A stretch of DNA of 60,175 nt from a virus. Taxonomy: Duplodnaviria > Caudoviricetes. The number at the start of each line of letters is the position of its first letter. Position 1 is the first letter of the stretch. The DNA lies in the IMG/VR virus record IMGVR_UViG_3300037424_000199, positions 1 to 60,175 of that record; one strand, given 5' to 3'. The notes under the pieces were generated by a model. It did not search any database. It was not told the DNA's origin and saw only the letters and a list, made by a program, of their open reading frames with translations. Shown piece after piece: positions 57,269-60,175 of this stretch. Made by a program: the position numbers and the translations under genes.

Positions 57269-57309
57269 TAAAAAAGGGCTAGCTAAACCTTGAGAGAAAA
57301 GCTAGCCCC
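57269..57309 (-). terminator. Rho-independent terminator
   Basis: gggctagct / agctagccc stem followed by a T-run on the minus strand. Confidence 0.7.
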
Positions 57310-57463
57310 TATAATATCATTACGTGATAGAATTTACTCTACAGGAAAACTAAATATCTCTCAGGGAATTAGCAGTCCTTACCCCTGAGCCGTCCCCAGA
57401 ACGTGCCCGCTGGGGCTTTTGAAGGTTCATACACATTGCTGTGAGTGCTGCCCTTTGCTTATA

Positions 57464-58153
57464 TTACACAATCCGCCCAATCAATGCACCATCAGCAGGA
57501 GCAGTCCAACCGCCGTAAGTCTCGCCAGCAATAACAGGACGAATGCTAAACTTACGATTATACTTCTTAATTGGAAGCTGCACAGTCTCAGTAATCTTAT
57601 TGCCAGCTTCGTCAAGCATCGCCTTCTTAGTCTGCTTATCACGCACAGCGCGAGTAACAGTTTTCATTTCTCCAGTAGGCTCAGCGTACTTATCATTCTG
57701 AGCAGAGACAGTGCTGCCCAAAGCCTTTACTGCATCGCCAGTTTTATGTTCGGTATTGGCAGAAAAAAAGCTACCACCGACAACCAAATCAGCAAATGGG
57801 TACTTAGTCGGGGCACCGCTACCAGAAGTATTACCACGCTTCTTAGGAGGGGGCAAAACGGCATTAGAAATAATTTCGTAATTAGACACTTTTTCACCTG
57901 AAGTTTGAGGAGCCGCATGAGCAGAAAGATAATCCTTAGCGGCAGGAGTTGCACGACAAGCAACCTTACTGCCGTCATTCGGATCAGTCAATGTAATATT
58001 AATCTCAATCAACGGCGGACTGTGAGCCAACATCGGCTGACCCTGCACCTGACCAACATACAAAACCGTGTCAGTACCCATGACAGAAACCAACTGCGCA
58101 AGAAACGCCTTGTCAATGCCATCACCCGTTACAACCTTACTCGCCTTAGCCAT
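57464..58153 (-). CDS. Putative DNA-binding protein (KYPF..L.VG.SFF family)
   Basis: PPKKRG...TKYPFADLVVGGSFF...STVSAQN; AAGGA RBS; promoter TTGACG-16-TAAATA near 58211-58238. Confidence 0.65.
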   Translation of the reverse strand: MAKASKVVTGDGIDKAFLAQLVSVMGTDTVLYVGQVQGQPMLAHSPPLIEINITLTDPNDGSKVACRATPAAKDYLSAHAAPQTSGEKVSNYEIISNAVLPPPKKRGNTSGSGAPTKYPFADLVVGGSFFSANTEHKTGDAVKALGSTVSAQNDKYAEPTGEMKTVTRAVRDKQTKKAMLDEAGNKITETVQLPIKKYNRKFSIRPVIAGETYGGWTAPADGALIGRIV

Positions 58154-58209
58154 TTTATCAATTTCCTTTTTTATGATTTTCGGGATCATTCCCTTAATTC
58201 AACAATTCT

Positions 58210-59268
58210 TTATTTATCAGATTGTTTCTTATCGTCAAGTCTATTTTGAATTTTTCTTCGCAAACAGGTTCCGTCTGCTAGCTTTACAAATTCATCTCCG
58301 TGAGGACCTTTTGTTATAGCATATTCGAAAGGTTCACTATTAACTTGACGCCAATCATAAATACCATCAGAGAATTTTCCGGGGCACTCTTCAAGCAATT
58401 CTAGACCTTCTTTGGAACAAATCTTGCAATACGAAATAGCCTGATAGCAGTCCATATAAAAATCTAAAACATGAAGGCGTGTCATTCTTTTGCCTCATAT
58501 GGGTATAGCCCTTTTAGAAAATCAACACTATATACCCATTCAATATCTGTAATTTCATACTTAGCCAATGTGGGAATGGGTTTCCCACTAACAGTCATCG
58601 TATCTGACCATTTCTGAGGCTCAGGACCGCTCATACTTGCTATATAAACAAAATATTTAGACACCGTGTCTAGCCTTCCTATTAGCCTCAAATTCTGCTT
58701 CTGTAAAAGCTTTAAACTCTATTCCATGAGGATAACAAAGGCTTTTACTCATACCAATACATACACCAGCTTCACAACCTGTAATCTCACATCTAGGCCA
58801 TACAATATATTCATTATCATATTCTACTAATTCAAAACCTCTCCTTGGCTCTATAGAGTAGTCAACTTCAGAAAATCCTACCAATTTAGGCATTTTATCC
58901 CCACAATATAGCTAGCACACTATAAATTATAGCCAAGCTACTGAATATTGCAACGCCTTTGATACCCTCTTGAATGTAAATCATTTAAAGCTTTCCTACT
59001 ATCCAAATTATAAGTATACTAACAATAAATAAAGCCATCACTTCATTTCCTTAATATAATCCCTGACATTCTTTCTAATATTCAAGCTAGCTCGCCTATC
59101 GCTAGGAGTAGCTGACATAAACAGCTTTCGTCGCTGGCCATTCAAACATATGATACCAGTAATATTCTTTCCTCGCCGTTGATAGTCGAATGAAGCACCA
59201 TACTTGTGAGCTTCATCAGCAGCAGCTTCTACATGATCAAGACGTTTAACCATTTCTTCATTCTCCAT
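58210..59268 (-). other. Small hypothetical genes (58210-58485, 58482-58691, 58657-58893, 59038-59268)
   Basis: Contiguous ORFs; 59038-59268 has a HicA-like TPSDRRA..N motif. Confidence 0.55.
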
Positions 59269-59284
59269 TAAAAGTTAAAGTGGT

Positions 59285-59405
59285 GGCTATGGCTACCTTA
59301 ATACAGCAATGCTAGCTTACTGCACTAATCCACCCTCTCCTTGATCCGGGTGTTACCGTATCTCACTGTACTGCTTTACGCCCAAGCGCGTTCCTCGCCA
59401 TAGCC
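59285..59405 (-). ncRNA. Candidate structured intergenic RNA
   Basis: ggctatggc 59285-59293 / gccatagcc 59397-59405 encloses caccc/gggtg and other stems. Confidence 0.4.
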
Positions 59406-59594
59406 TCAGTCATGCGGCTGAATTTCTTTAGCCGTAACACCTTCAAAATTAGAAGCTTTATAAGACTTACGAAAAGTAGAAGCGGGGCGGCGATCATCCA
59501 TTTTAAGACGTTCAATCGCGGCATCAGCGTTCTTAGCGCGGTAAGTTGCGAGAAATTGACCGTTAGCATTTCGCAATTCAAACATTTTAAGCAT
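59406..59594 (-). CDS. Hypothetical early protein
   Basis: GGAG RBS; own promoter. Confidence 0.65.
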   Translation of the reverse strand: MLKMFELRNANGQFLATYRAKNADAAIERLKMDDRRPASTFRKSYKASNFEGVTAKEIQPHD

Positions 59595-59619
59595 TTTAGC
59601 TGCTCCAGTTGATATTGAT

Positions 59620-59658
59620 ACAATAGACGGTCAACTTTAACCTGTCAACCGTCTATTG
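59620..59658 (-). promoter_or_regulatory. sigma70-like promoter overlapped by an 11-bp inverted repeat
   Basis: TTGACA-17-TATTGT; caatagacggt (59621-59631) / accgtctattg (59648-59658). Confidence 0.7.
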
Positions 59659-59671
59659 CTATTATTTTTAG

Positions 59672-60175
59672 TCAATAATCAATCTTCTCCATCAATTCAG
59701 CCCAATCAGCTTCGCTAAAGCTAATAGTAACCAAAGCTTCAGTATCGTCAACTTGCTCATTAGCGTAGGCAGTCGCAACGAGTTCCTTCAGGTACGCCTT
59801 CAAGGACTGCCCCTTAGGCGCCCTAGCGGAGCCCTCTGAGCCGCCTTCCGTATCCTTGGGCATCGCACGCTTGCGGCCACTCTCCTGAGCCACCTTGACC
59901 GCGCCATTGAGTTCTAGAATGGTTTCGTCAACGTTCTGCTTATGCTTTTTGTAGAGATTGAGCACCATGCTAGCCGACGCCTTGCCTTCAATGATATACT
60001 TTTGAAGGATAGCAGGCAAGATCAGCAGTTCAAGCAACTGGCTAACACGACCGCCAGAGATACCAGCCTTTGCAGCGATATCCTTCTGTTGCCATCCAAG
60101 ATCAAGCAAACGCTTAAACACCTTGGCTTGCTCCAGTGAAGTAAGCTGCTTACCGCTATTATGAACAATCTGGCT
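59672..60175 (-). CDS. ParB-like protein, 3' part (HTH and C-terminus)
   Basis: LGWQQKDIAAKAGISGGRVSQLLELL HTH; continues from 448..1. Confidence 0.85.
   Translation of the reverse strand, partial: SQIVHNSGKQLTSLEQAKVFKRLLDLGWQQKDIAAKAGISGGRVSQLLELLILPAILQKYIIEGKASASMVLNLYKKHKQNVDETILELNGAVKVAQESGRKRAMPKDTEGGSEGSARAPKGQSLKAYLKELVATAYANEQVDDTEALVTISFSEADWAELMEKIDY
60049..60175. repeat. Terminal direct repeat, copy 2
   Basis: Identical to 1-127. Confidence 0.95.

Noticed and set aside
60049-60175. 127-bp terminal repeat as a biological direct terminal repeat
   Set aside because: It falls mid-gene and its length equals a common assembler k-mer, so it is best explained as a circularisation overlap

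Overview
The window is an apparently complete, circularly permuted genome of an AT-rich tailed phage. It is 60,048 bp unique; positions 60049-60175 exactly repeat 1-127. The virion module is P22-like/podovirus (TerS, PBSX-type TerL, portal, scaffold, P22 gp5-like coat, gp4/gp10-like tail proteins, ejection proteins, tailspike). The replication module has an NrS-1-like primase-polymerase/helicase, Sak4-like ATPase, SSB, Cas4-like nuclease, MazG, SF2 helicase, beta-clamp-like protein and a family-B-like DNA polymerase. There is also a lysis cassette and a long early region of small genes driven by repeated sigma70-like promoters. No integrase is visible. The host is probably Gram-negative, possibly alphaproteobacterial (inference). 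Two observations stand out. (1) Seven virion-appendage-like proteins, including the tailspike, carry Sec-type signal peptides and all have even, locally paired cysteine counts; six of them are clustered with a Wzy_C/O-antigen-ligase (PglL-like) gene and a TPR gene. This suggests a periplasm-routed, disulfide-bonded, possibly glycosylated virion-decoration system. (2) A complete 76-nt tRNA(CAU) is embedded on the same strand within the open primase-helicase reading frame. Also notable are a polymerase with degenerate proofreading motifs, several candidate structured RNAs and candidate anti-defence proteins. All family assignments come from motif recognition by eye, not from database searches.
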